The notes beneath the pieces were generated by a model. It worked only from the letters and a program-made list of their open reading frames with translations. It did not search any database and was not told the origin of the DNA. From contig CAWGTN010000003.1 in the NCBI GenBank assembly GCA_963825525.1, forward strand, positions 64,001-128,000: a stretch of 64,000 nucleotides of DNA. The letters are read 5' to 3'. The position numbers and the translations under genes were made by a program. This stretch comes from an uncultured Chloroflexia bacterium (GTDB taxonomy: Bacteria > Chloroflexota > Limnocylindria > QHBO01). Shown here one piece after another: positions 8,866 through 18,013 of this stretch. The first letter of the stretch is position 1; each line of letters opens with the position of its first letter.

Positions 8866-10833
8866 ATGGCCGACCTGGGGACGGAACCAGAGCAGGGGGC
8901 ACGGGCAGCCAGGCTCGCATTCGACGAGCGGCGATGGTCCGATGCAGTGGAGCTCTACCGACAGCTGGAAGCCGTCGAGGGCCTGGAACGCGACGACCTC
9001 GATCGATATGGCGAGGCGGCCTGGTGGACGGCTGATCTCACCACGGCGATCGCAGCCCGCGAGCGGGCGTTCTCCGCCCACATGGCTGCCGGCGACTCGC
9101 TGAGCGCCGCGTCGGCCGCCTTGTCCGCCGCCAACGACTACGGGCATCGGCTGCAGAGTGCGCTGGCGAGCGGGTGGGTGAAGCGAGCTGAGCGACTGCT
9201 CGCGGACCTCCCTGAATCTCCCGTCCACGCCTATCTCGGCCGCGCCCGGCTCGGGAAGGCGCTGGGTGCCGGCGACCTGGATGAGGCACTTCGCCAGGCG
9301 GACGCGATCCTGGCCATCGGCCGGCGCACAGGCGATCACGACATCGAGGCCCTGGGCCTTCAGGATAAGGGTCGCGTGCTGGTTGCTCGCGGCGAGGTGG
9401 CGGAAGGGCTGGCGCTGCTCGACGAGGCGATGGTTGCCGCCATTGGCGGCGATCTCAATCCGTACCCGACGGCCATCGTCTACTGCAATGTCACCGTCGC
9501 CTGCCAGGATCTGGCCGATTATCGTCGCGCCGTCGAGTTCGCGGAGGCAGCGCGACAGTGGTGCGACCGGCAGGCCATCGCCGGCTTCCCCGGCATGTGC
9601 CGTGTGCGACGCGCAGAGGTCACTCGGCTGCGCGGCGGTTGGGCGGAGGCCGAATCGGAGGCGCGGCAGGCCTGCGACGAGTTGAAGGACTTCAGCCTGG
9701 ACTACGCTGCGGAGGGGTTCTACCAGGTGGGCGAGATCCGGATGCGGATGGGCGACCACGACGCGGCCGAGGAGGCATTCCGCCAGGCTCACGAGCTCGG
9801 TCGGAGCCCGCTGCCGGGGCTGGCCCTCCTGCGATCGGCCCAGGGAAAGTCCGCCGCGGGCGTCACGATGCTGGCCCGTGCACTCGATGACCCTGCCGTG
9901 ATTCCCCTGACCCGCGCCCGGATCCTGGCGGCGTACGTGGAGGTCGCGGCTCAGGAGGGCACGCTTGACGAGGCCGAGAAGCGCGCGGCCGAGCTGGAAG
10001 CGCTCTCGGCAAAGTTCGGCACCCACGCGTTGCTCGCGGCCGCGGCCATGGCCAGTGGCCAGGTTGCGCTGGCGCGAGGCGATCCGACCGCCGCCCGGCC
10101 GCACCTCGAGCGCGCCCGTCGCCTGTGGCAGGAGACGGAGGCACCGTACGAGACCGCTCGCGCTCGCGAGCTGCTCGGACAGGCCGAGGCGTCCGCGGGC
10201 GATCCCGACAATGCCGCCATGGAGTTTCAGGCCGCACTGGCCACCTATCGCCGACTCGGCGCCATGCCCGATGCCGCGCGCCTCGAGGGCGTGCTACGCA
10301 CCGCGCTGATGGACTCCCCGGCGCAAGCATTGACGCGGACGATGATGTTCACCGACATCGTTCGATCCACGCAGCTCGTCGAGGCCATCGGCGACGAGGC
10401 ATGGACTCGGCTTCTCGATTGGCACGACCGGACCATTCGGGCGCTGATTGCGGAGCGCCAGGGCGAAGAGGTCGACCATGCCGGCGACGGATTCTTCATC
10501 GTGTTCGGTGACGCCTCGCATGCCATCGAGTGTGCGCTGGCGATCCAGCGCAGTCTGCGAGAGCATCGCCGCGAACATGGTTTCGCGCCGGCCGTCCGCA
10601 TCGGCCTTCACGTCGGCGACGTGATGCGTCCGGATACGGGGTACCAGGGCAGAGCCGTCCACCTGGCCGCCAGGATCGGGGGCTTGGCCCAGCCGGACGA
10701 GATCGTGGCGAGCCGTTCGGTCGTCGACGCCGCAGGCCACGGAGTCGCCCACGGACCGGAGCGTGAGGTGGAGCTGAAGGGCATCCGCGACCGGGTGACC
10801 GTCGTGACGATCCTGGATGGCGCGCAGGCCTAG
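8866..10833 (+). CDS. TPR-repeat protein with C-terminal class III nucleotidyl cyclase domain
   Basis: MFTDIVRST, AGDGFF, VRIGLHVG, VHLAARI, VELKGI; N-terminal MalT-like TPRs. Confidence 0.85.
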   Translation: MADLGTEPEQGARAARLAFDERRWSDAVELYRQLEAVEGLERDDLDRYGEAAWWTADLTTAIAARERAFSAHMAAGDSLSAASAALSAANDYGHRLQSALASGWVKRAERLLADLPESPVHAYLGRARLGKALGAGDLDEALRQADAILAIGRRTGDHDIEALGLQDKGRVLVARGEVAEGLALLDEAMVAAIGGDLNPYPTAIVYCNVTVACQDLADYRRAVEFAEAARQWCDRQAIAGFPGMCRVRRAEVTRLRGGWAEAESEARQACDELKDFSLDYAAEGFYQVGEIRMRMGDHDAAEEAFRQAHELGRSPLPGLALLRSAQGKSAAGVTMLARALDDPAVIPLTRARILAAYVEVAAQEGTLDEAEKRAAELEALSAKFGTHALLAAAAMASGQVALARGDPTAARPHLERARRLWQETEAPYETARARELLGQAEASAGDPDNAAMEFQAALATYRRLGAMPDAARLEGVLRTALMDSPAQALTRTMMFTDIVRSTQLVEAIGDEAWTRLLDWHDRTIRALIAERQGEEVDHAGDGFFIVFGDASHAIECALAIQRSLREHRREHGFAPAVRIGLHVGDVMRPDTGYQGRAVHLAARIGGLAQPDEIVASRSVVDAAGHGVAHGPEREVELKGIRDRVTVVTILDGAQA

Positions 10834-11810
10834 GCGGCGGCATCCACGCGACGGGGTCGTCCCAGCAGGTATCCCTGCCCCAGTGTCACGCCGATCCGGA
10901 CGAGGGCCTCGCGCTCGGCATCGGTCTCGATGCCCTCGGCGATCAGAAGGGATGCCGATCCTTCCGCGTATCGCTGGAGGCCGGCCACGATCGCCTGTCT
11001 CGTCGGATCGGTCTCGACACCGTGAATGAGGTTGCGATCCAGCTTCACGATGGCTGGCCGAAGCTCGGCGAGGTGGCGCAGGCTGGCAAACCCGGCACCC
11101 GCGTCATCGACTGCCAGCCGTACCGTCCCGCCGATCGCCGCCAGCGCGGCCCGCACGGCCACGTAATCGGCCACCGGCTCATGCTCTGTCAGTTCGAGCA
11201 CGATCGGGCGTTCCGTGCGACGGAGCAGGCGGGCGAGTCGAGGGCTCACCAGCATGCTCGCCGAGGCATTGAGGCTGAGCCATAGGTCCGGCGCGAGCTT
11301 CGCCGCCGACCGCATGGCAGCCTCGATGCAGGCGGCCTCCAGTTCGACCCCGAGCTCGAGCTCAACGGCGTCGGCAAATCGATCCGACGGAGCCACGCCG
11401 TCATCGAATCGCGTGAGCGCCTCGAAACCAACGGGTCTCCCGTTCTGCAGGTCGATGATCGGTTGAAAGACGATCTCGAACCCTCGATCTCGGATGATCG
11501 CGGAGAGAATTCGCGTGCGCCGCCGCTGGAGATCTCTCGCGCGCAGCTCGCCGGAGATCCCGCGCCGATCCTGCTTGATGAGCACCACCAGGAGCAGCGA
11601 GGCCACGCCGGCGAAGGCCACGTCGATCATCGGGCGGATGCGGCTTGCCAACGCGGGATCGGCGATGGCGTTCACGGCTCGGTCGCTCAACAGCATCCAC
11701 GCGATGAGCGTCACGAACGTGAGCACGGCAATGCCTCGCGGCGACACCATGGCATCAACAACACTGCGGCTGCTCCCCCCGGGCGCAGTTCCTGCGCCGC
11801 GATCGGTCAC
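10830..11810 (-). CDS. Membrane-anchored EAL-domain c-di-GMP phosphodiesterase
   Basis: FQPIIDL, EALTR, LELTEH, DDAGAGFASL, KLDR, AEGIET, GQGY; two N-terminal TM segments; AAGGAG RBS. Confidence 0.9.
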   Translation of the reverse strand: MTDRGAGTAPGGSSRSVVDAMVSPRGIAVLTFVTLIAWMLLSDRAVNAIADPALASRIRPMIDVAFAGVASLLLVVLIKQDRRGISGELRARDLQRRRTRILSAIIRDRGFEIVFQPIIDLQNGRPVGFEALTRFDDGVAPSDRFADAVELELGVELEAACIEAAMRSAAKLAPDLWLSLNASASMLVSPRLARLLRRTERPIVLELTEHEPVADYVAVRAALAAIGGTVRLAVDDAGAGFASLRHLAELRPAIVKLDRNLIHGVETDPTRQAIVAGLQRYAEGSASLLIAEGIETDAEREALVRIGVTLGQGYLLGRPRRVDAAA

Positions 11811-11850
11811 CCGGTTGTCTCCTTCAGATCTCGGTGGGTCGTGGGAGATG

Positions 11851-11887
11851 AATAATAGTTGTTTCCGCGATCCGTCACGGGTACTAT
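11851..11887 (+). promoter_or_regulatory. Sigma70-type promoter of the small peptide gene
   Basis: TTGTTT (11859-64), 17 bp, TACTAT (11882-87), with AT-rich aataatag upstream. Confidence 0.65.
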
Positions 11888-11938
11888 CGGCGGCCTCTGG
11901 GTGGGTGCCGCGGTTGGCGGGCGGAAAGGGAACTCCTC

Positions 11939-12046
11939 ATGCTCCGAATCCGCTCGTACCTGTTCTCCGTCGCACTGTCCGCACTTCTCACGCTCCTGAC
12001 GGCAGCCGCCGTCCTGGCAGAAGGCCAGCCTCCCATTCCGCGTTGA
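11939..12046 (+). CDS. 35-aa secreted propeptide, candidate signalling peptide (MLRIRSYLFSVALSALLTLLTAAAVLA|EGQPPIPR)
   Basis: Translated by hand; GGAAAGGG RBS; basic n-region, hydrophobic h-region, VLA SPase I site, 8-aa polar tail; own promoter. Confidence 0.75.
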   Translation: MLRIRSYLFSVALSALLTLLTAAAVLAEGQPPIPR

Positions 12047-12060
12047 ACTGACCGAGCCGC

Positions 12061-13431
12061 TCAGAATCGAGAAACAGTGCCCGCCGGCCGTGCCCGCCCG
12101 TGAGAATCAGGGGTGACCTGAATGCCCGCTCCCCGGCCCATCGCGTCGGCGTAGAGCCGATTGGCTTCGGCGTGCTCACCCATGTCGGACAGGAAGCCTG
12201 CCCACTCGGCAAGGACGTCACGTCTCCTGGTCGTGGCCTGATGTGATTCGAGGAGTCCTGTCGCAGTGCGATACGAAGCCTCGGCAGCCGTTCGATCGCC
12301 TTGGCGACGCGCGACTCGAGCGAGGGTGAGATGGGCGCCGACTGCGGCCAGGTACGATCCGCCGTCGGTGCTCGCGGCGAGTGCTTCCCGGGCCAGCTGA
12401 GTCGCCGCCGCTACGTCGCCTTCCAGCAACGCAAGCTGTGCATCGGCCTCCGCCACGTCGGCAGCGAGCCGCGGGTCGTGGACGTGCCCCGTCAGTTCTC
12501 GAGCGCGCGACAGGTGTTCGCTGGCCCGGGCCAGGTTGCCCAACTCGATGAATACGAGACCGATGTTGATCTCGAGCGATGCCTCTTCTCGCTCAGACTC
12601 GGATCCTCGGTAGAGGGCCAAGCTCTCCTGCCCAGTCCGCAGGGCGCGCTCCAGGTCTCCGACGCGCCGATACTGCAGCGCCAATCCGGCAAGGAATGCG
12701 GCACGTTGCCTCAGCGACGTCTCCTGCGACAGCGCTCGTGCTTCTTCCATGTAGGTGAGCGCCCGCGCGGACTCGCCATCCCATGCTTCGACGTTTCCGA
12801 GTTGTGCCAGGAGGCGGAAGCGGAAGTCGGGTGCGACGTGGAGCCCATCGCGGTCCGCGGCGAGCAGAGCTTGCAGGATGGATCGCGCCTCTGCCGGATT
12901 GTCATCCTGGTAGTGCGCGCCGGCGAGCCAATAGCGTGACATCGCGGCATCGGCTGGGGAGCCAAGCTCGTCGAACAGTCGTGCCGCCTGCGACGCGGGC
13001 CGGATGGCGTCTCGTCCCCGGCCGAGCCGGCACAGCGCCTCTGAGCGGCCACGCAACAGCTCGGCCTGCTGTCGGCGGTCGTTGCCGGCGCGATCCAGCA
13101 GCGTGTCGTAGGCGTCGAGTGCCCGCTCCGCGTCACCGGATGCCAGCAGAAGATCGGCCTCGAGGCGCGCTGCCGCAGCTGGCTCCTCGGCGACCAGATC
13201 GGTGATCGCCACGCCGAGACGCTCGCTGAGGAATGTGAGGGCCGCCATCGATGGCTTGGCGAGGCCGCGCTCGAGCGCGCTGATGTAGGCAGCGGTGTAT
13301 CGGCCGCGCGCCACATCCGCCTGCGTCAGCTCGGCGCGGGTCCGCACCTCCCGGATGCGCTCTCCGATGCGGCGCGCGACGTGCGAGTTATCGACGACGG
13401 TGACTTGGCGACGCGCCCTTGTGGTCTTCAC
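12061..13431 (-). CDS. XRE-HTH plus TPR transcriptional regulator (RRNPP-like architecture)
   Basis: IGERIREVRTRAELTQADVARGRYTAAYISALERGLAKPS HTH followed by about 350 aa of TPR-like repeats; likely leaderless GTG start after TATCAT. Confidence 0.85.
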   Translation of the reverse strand: MKTTRARRQVTVVDNSHVARRIGERIREVRTRAELTQADVARGRYTAAYISALERGLAKPSMAALTFLSERLGVAITDLVAEEPAAAARLEADLLLASGDAERALDAYDTLLDRAGNDRRQQAELLRGRSEALCRLGRGRDAIRPASQAARLFDELGSPADAAMSRYWLAGAHYQDDNPAEARSILQALLAADRDGLHVAPDFRFRLLAQLGNVEAWDGESARALTYMEEARALSQETSLRQRAAFLAGLALQYRRVGDLERALRTGQESLALYRGSESEREEASLEINIGLVFIELGNLARASEHLSRARELTGHVHDPRLAADVAEADAQLALLEGDVAAATQLAREALAASTDGGSYLAAVGAHLTLARVARRQGDRTAAEASYRTATGLLESHQATTRRRDVLAEWAGFLSDMGEHAEANRLYADAMGRGAGIQVTPDSHGRARPAGTVSRF

Positions 13432-13504
13432 GTGTTCGATGATAGCGAGCCGTACCAACTCATAGTTGTCGGATGGGCCCGAGTTCGTAGATGAATCCGC
13501 CCGG

Positions 13505-14188
13505 TCAGAGCTGCCAGTACGCGCCGGTCAGACCCAGTTCGGCGAAGTGGGTGAGCAGGTCGTCCTTGCCCGGGCGCGCGTAGTCGATGGCGAATTTTGT
13601 CCGATAGATGGGGCCACTCAGCGCATGGGCCTCGTCGGGGGTCAGAGACGCGGCCTGGTCGGCAGGCGCGCACAGGTCGGACGCGTCGCGGTGCTCAGTC
13701 GATGAGAAGAAGACCATGGTGTTCGCGCAGGTGGTGACGATGTTCTCCCACCATTGCGTCGGCTTGAGGGCCAGGTACACCATCGCTCCGGAGGGCTGGA
13801 CGACCGTGGCTCCGCCCGCGCGCAGCTCGATGTGGATCGGCTCGGCGCAGTGATGGCATGCAGAATCAATTGTCACGTCGGCTTCGTCCAGCATCGCGTG
13901 GAAGGCGACCGCATCCCAGGCGCAGTTCGCGAAGTAGGTGCGGCCCTCGGCGGTGACCCGGAACGGCGTCGCGATGGCCGAGAACGGAAACGCCATCAGC
14001 ACGCGGGCCGTTCCCGGGACGAGTGCGATGTGCCGTGATGCGTCCAGCTCGCGGAGCGCGCCGGCTGCCTCGTCTCGGCCGAGCGAGAACTCGACCATCA
14101 GCTGCTCGACCACGGGCGGGACGGCGTGCTCACGGAAGTGTTCGAAGATGCGCAGCCGTATGCGCTGGATCAGCGTGGGCTCACTCAT
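13505..14188 (-). CDS. Organomercurial lyase MerB-family protein
   Basis: MAFPFSAIATPF, ANCAWDA, SACHHCAEPI, TTCANTMVFF. Confidence 0.8.
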   Translation of the reverse strand: MSEPTLIQRIRLRIFEHFREHAVPPVVEQLMVEFSLGRDEAAGALRELDASRHIALVPGTARVLMAFPFSAIATPFRVTAEGRTYFANCAWDAVAFHAMLDEADVTIDSACHHCAEPIHIELRAGGATVVQPSGAMVYLALKPTQWWENIVTTCANTMVFFSSTEHRDASDLCAPADQAASLTPDEAHALSGPIYRTKFAIDYARPGKDDLLTHFAELGLTGAYWQL

Positions 14189-14287
14189 GGCGGGTCCCTG
14201 CGACGACGTGTCGCGGCAGTGTAGCGACCGACGTCCGCATGCGGCATGCGCGGTTCATCACAGGCTGGAGCGGTAGCATCAGCGGCG

Positions 14288-15931
14288 ATGAATCAGTCGA
14301 GCGTCAATGGGGGGCCGGACCGCCTCGTGACCCACGCGGACCTGGCGTTCCTCGGAGGGAGCGTCGAGCCGATCGTTCGCGGCGGGCCACCGGTTGATGC
14401 CCTGGCCGTGCGGGATGGTCGCATTGTTGCGGTCGGCACAGCGACGGAGGTGCGCGACTGGATCGGTCCGCAGACCGAGGTGGTCGAGCTGGCGGGGGAG
14501 ACACTGATCCCGGGGTTCCAGGACGCCCACATTCACCCCATCGAGGGCGGGTTGTTGGCCGAACGCTGCGACCTTCATGCTCTCGCCGATGCCGACGCCT
14601 ACCTTGCGGCGATCGAGCGTTACGCCGCCGCACGACCTGATCGGCCGTGGGTCGAGGGCAGTGGGTGGTCGCTCTCTGCCTTTCCGCGAGGCGAGCCCGG
14701 CCGCGAGCTCCTGGATCGGATCGTCCCTGATCGCCCCGCGATCCTCGAGAGCAACGACGGTCACGTCGCCTGGGTCAACACGCGGGCGCTCGAGCTGGCG
14801 GGGATCACGGCGGCGACGACCGGCGTTCCGGACGGACGAATCGTGCGCGACGACCATGGTTCCCCTGCAGGGACGCTGGTCGACGGAGCAATCGACCTCG
14901 TGGCGCGACACGTACCCGCGCCGACCCACGCGGATCTGTTGGCCGGGTTGCGCACCGCCCAGGCGGAGCTGCATGGCCTTGGCATCACGGCCTGGCAGGA
15001 CGCACACGTCGAGCCGGCCAACCTGGCCGTCTACCGCGAGGCGGCGACCTCGGGCTGGCTGACGGCGCGCGTGGTGGCGGCCCTGTGGTGGGATCGCGAC
15101 CGAGGACTTGAGCAGATCGACGAGTTCGAGGACCAGCGCGCCGCCTCTCGGGTCGGTCGGCTGCGGGCCGATAGCGTGAAGCTCATGCTCGACGGCATCC
15201 TCGAGTCGCGCACCGCCCTGATGAACAGTCCCTACCTCGGTTCGGACTGGAGTGGCGTCCCGTTCATCGACCCGGAGCTTCTGCATCGGGCGGTGGTGGA
15301 GCTGGATCGGCGCGCGTTCCAGGCGCATTTCCACGCCATCGGCGATGGGGCCATTCGCTTGGCCCTGGACGCGATCGCATCGGCGCGTGCGGCGAACGGG
15401 CCGAGCGATGCGCGCCACCACATCAGCCACCTGGAGGTCATCCATCCCGATGACGTGCCACGCTTCGCCGAGCTCGACGCAGTCGCCAACATTCAGCCGT
15501 TCTGGGCGGTCGACGACGACCAGATGCAGGACCTGCGCATCCCGTCCCTCGGAGCGGAGCGCGTTGGCTGGCAGTTCGTCTTCGGCAGCCTGGTCCGTGC
15601 AGGGGCGAGGCTCGCCGCCGGTAGCGACTGGACGGTCACCACCGCCAACCCCTTGCTGGAGATCGAGGTCGCGGTGAACCGGATCGCGCCTGCCGCACGC
15701 AACGCCGCTCCATTCCTGCCCGATGAGCGCTTGAGCCTGGACGACGCGCTTGCCGCGTTCACCCGGGGCAGTGCATGGGTCAACCACCTGGATGCGGACA
15801 CCGGCAGCATCGAGGTCGGGAAGCTTGCCGATCTCGTCATCCTGGACCGGGATATCCGGGCACCCGATGCCGGGCCGATCGGCGACGCGGTGGTCCGGCA
15901 GACGTACGTCGAGGGCCAGCGGGTGTTCTGA
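14288..15931 (+). CDS. YtcJ-like amidohydrolase (Amidohydro_3)
   Basis: PGFQDAHIH, KLMLDG, HAIGDGA, AGSDWTV, GSIEVGKLADLVIL. Confidence 0.9.
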   Translation: MNQSSVNGGPDRLVTHADLAFLGGSVEPIVRGGPPVDALAVRDGRIVAVGTATEVRDWIGPQTEVVELAGETLIPGFQDAHIHPIEGGLLAERCDLHALADADAYLAAIERYAAARPDRPWVEGSGWSLSAFPRGEPGRELLDRIVPDRPAILESNDGHVAWVNTRALELAGITAATTGVPDGRIVRDDHGSPAGTLVDGAIDLVARHVPAPTHADLLAGLRTAQAELHGLGITAWQDAHVEPANLAVYREAATSGWLTARVVAALWWDRDRGLEQIDEFEDQRAASRVGRLRADSVKLMLDGILESRTALMNSPYLGSDWSGVPFIDPELLHRAVVELDRRAFQAHFHAIGDGAIRLALDAIASARAANGPSDARHHISHLEVIHPDDVPRFAELDAVANIQPFWAVDDDQMQDLRIPSLGAERVGWQFVFGSLVRAGARLAAGSDWTVTTANPLLEIEVAVNRIAPAARNAAPFLPDERLSLDDALAAFTRGSAWVNHLDADTGSIEVGKLADLVILDRDIRAPDAGPIGDAVVRQTYVEGQRVF

Positions 15932-16062
15932 GGCGTCAGGCGAGCTGGCTCATGCTGATTCCAGGGGTCGCTCGCTTGGCCACCAGCCGGTACGCTACTT
16001 GCTCATCGATCGGCCGCGTCAACTCCACAACAGATCGTTCGCGGCCGATACGGAGGTATGCC

Positions 16063-16878
16063 ATGGAAACGGATGTTCGGGCACGAAACAACGTGCGCGT
16101 CTTCGGGCGCGGAGCCCAGCCGATGCTCTTCGCGCACGGGTTCGGTTGCGACCAGAACATGTGGCGCTGGATGACGCCGGCGTTCGAGAACGACTACAAG
16201 ATCGTGCTGTTCGACTACGTCGGCAGCGGAAAGTCCGACGTGAACGCCTACGACCGTGACCGCTACGCGACCCTCGACGGCTACGCGCAGGACATCGTCG
16301 ACATCGTTCGCGAGCTCGACCTGCGCGACGTCATTCTGGTCGCGCACTCGGTGAGCAGCATGATCAGCGTTCTCGCTGCCATCGCCGAGCCGGATCGATT
16401 CTCGCGCCTGATTCTCATCGGCCCTTCGCCGAGCTACCTGAACGACGGCGACGAGTACCGCGGAGGCTTCGAGCGCGCGGACATCGAGGGACTCCTGGAC
16501 CTGATGGACAAGAACTACATCGGATGGGCCAACTTCCTCACGCCAATGATCATGAAGAACGACGAGCGGCCCGAACTCACCCGCGAGCTCAACGAGAGCT
16601 TCTGTTCGACCGATCCGGTGATCGCCCGGCAGTTCGCGGAGGTCACCTTCCTCTCCGACAATCGCTCGGACCTGCCTCGCCTCACCGTTCCGACCCTCGT
16701 CCTCCAGTGCACGGATGATGCGATCGCACCGGACGGGGTCGGGCAATTCGTGGCGGATGCCGTTCCTCAGGCAACGTTCCGCCAGCTGGCCGCCGTCGGC
16801 CATTGCCCGCACATGAGCCACCCGGAGGAGACGATCGCGGCGATTCGTGACCACCTCGCGGCCGTCGGGATCGCCTGA
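16063..16878 (+). CDS. rsbQ: RsbQ/KAI2-like alpha/beta hydrolase
   Basis: RNNVRVFG..LFAHGFGCDQNMW; AHSVS nucleophile; IGPSPSYLND; GHCPHMS. Confidence 0.9.
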   Translation: METDVRARNNVRVFGRGAQPMLFAHGFGCDQNMWRWMTPAFENDYKIVLFDYVGSGKSDVNAYDRDRYATLDGYAQDIVDIVRELDLRDVILVAHSVSSMISVLAAIAEPDRFSRLILIGPSPSYLNDGDEYRGGFERADIEGLLDLMDKNYIGWANFLTPMIMKNDERPELTRELNESFCSTDPVIARQFAEVTFLSDNRSDLPRLTVPTLVLQCTDDAIAPDGVGQFVADAVPQATFRQLAAVGHCPHMSHPEETIAAIRDHLAAVGIA

Positions 16879-16882
16879 CCCG

Positions 16883-17977
16883 ATGCCGACTCCGGCGCCG
16901 CTCGATCCCATCCTCGACGGGGCGGCGTGCGGTTACCTGTCCGTCGACGAGACCGGACTCGTCAGGACGGCCAACACGACGCTCGCGCACCTCATCGGGC
17001 GATCGCGCGAGTCGATGGAGCGCCGGCACATCGACCAGCTGCTCTCCCCGGCGGGCCGAATCTTCTATACCACCCATCTCTTCCCGCTCCTCCAGCTGCA
17101 GGGTCGGGCGGAGGAGGTCTACCTCCCACTGCAGTCAGACGACGGCGAGGACATCCCGGTCCTCGTCAATGGCCTCACCCGCCACCTCGACGGGACGACC
17201 GTGCACGAGCTCATCATCGTGCCGATGCGCCAGCGGAACGAGCTCGAGAACGAGCTGATCACCGCCCGCAAGGTCGCGGAACAGGCAGCATCGGCGAAGG
17301 ATCGATTCCTCTCGATCGTGTCGCATGAGCTTCGGACCCCGCTCGGCGCCGCACGGGGGTATGCCGAGCTTCTCCTGCGCGAGCGGAACGGGGTCCTGAC
17401 CGATGGCCAGCGCCAGTACGTGCAGCGGATTCTCGACGCGACGATCTACCAGGCGTCATTGATCGAGGACATCCTCGACTTCGCAGGTCAGCACGGTCAG
17501 CGGCGAAGGCTCGACATCTCGACGGTTGACGTCGAGGAGGTCATCGGGCGCGCGGAGACATTACTCGCGGTGCGTGCGGACGAAGAGGGACGCCGGCTGA
17601 GACGGGAGCCGATGACCGCCTCGGGGCGGGTGTCGGGTGATCCGCGGGCAATCCAGCAGATTCTCCTGAATCTGGGCACGAACGCCATCAAGTTCAGCCC
17701 GCCGGACACAGAGGTGCTTCTTACGTCGCGCGTGGCCGATGGAACCGTGGTGATCGGGGTTCGCGACCACGGTCCGGGGATTGACGCCGATCAGCTCGAG
17801 CGGATCTTCGAACCGTTCGTCCGGGTCGACACCGAGGCCGCCCGTCGCACGAAGGGGCTCGGCCTGGGCCTCGCGATCAGCCGCGACCTCGCTCGCTCGA
17901 TGAACGGCGACATCCGGGTGGAGAGTGTGATCTCGCACGGATCACTGTTCAGCCTGGAGCTGCCGGCCGCGTCCTGA
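16883..17977 (+). CDS. PAS-domain sensor histidine kinase
   Basis: RsbP-like PAS (GRIFYTTHLFPLLQLQG); SHELRTPL; NAIKFS; DHGPGI; GLGLGLAI. Confidence 0.9.
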   Translation: MPTPAPLDPILDGAACGYLSVDETGLVRTANTTLAHLIGRSRESMERRHIDQLLSPAGRIFYTTHLFPLLQLQGRAEEVYLPLQSDDGEDIPVLVNGLTRHLDGTTVHELIIVPMRQRNELENELITARKVAEQAASAKDRFLSIVSHELRTPLGAARGYAELLLRERNGVLTDGQRQYVQRILDATIYQASLIEDILDFAGQHGQRRRLDISTVDVEEVIGRAETLLAVRADEEGRRLRREPMTASGRVSGDPRAIQQILLNLGTNAIKFSPPDTEVLLTSRVADGTVVIGVRDHGPGIDADQLERIFEPFVRVDTEAARRTKGLGLGLAISRDLARSMNGDIRVESVISHGSLFSLELPAAS

Positions 17978-18013
17978 GCACGGCCCGAAGCTCGGGACCG
18001 GTATCCTTTCTCC

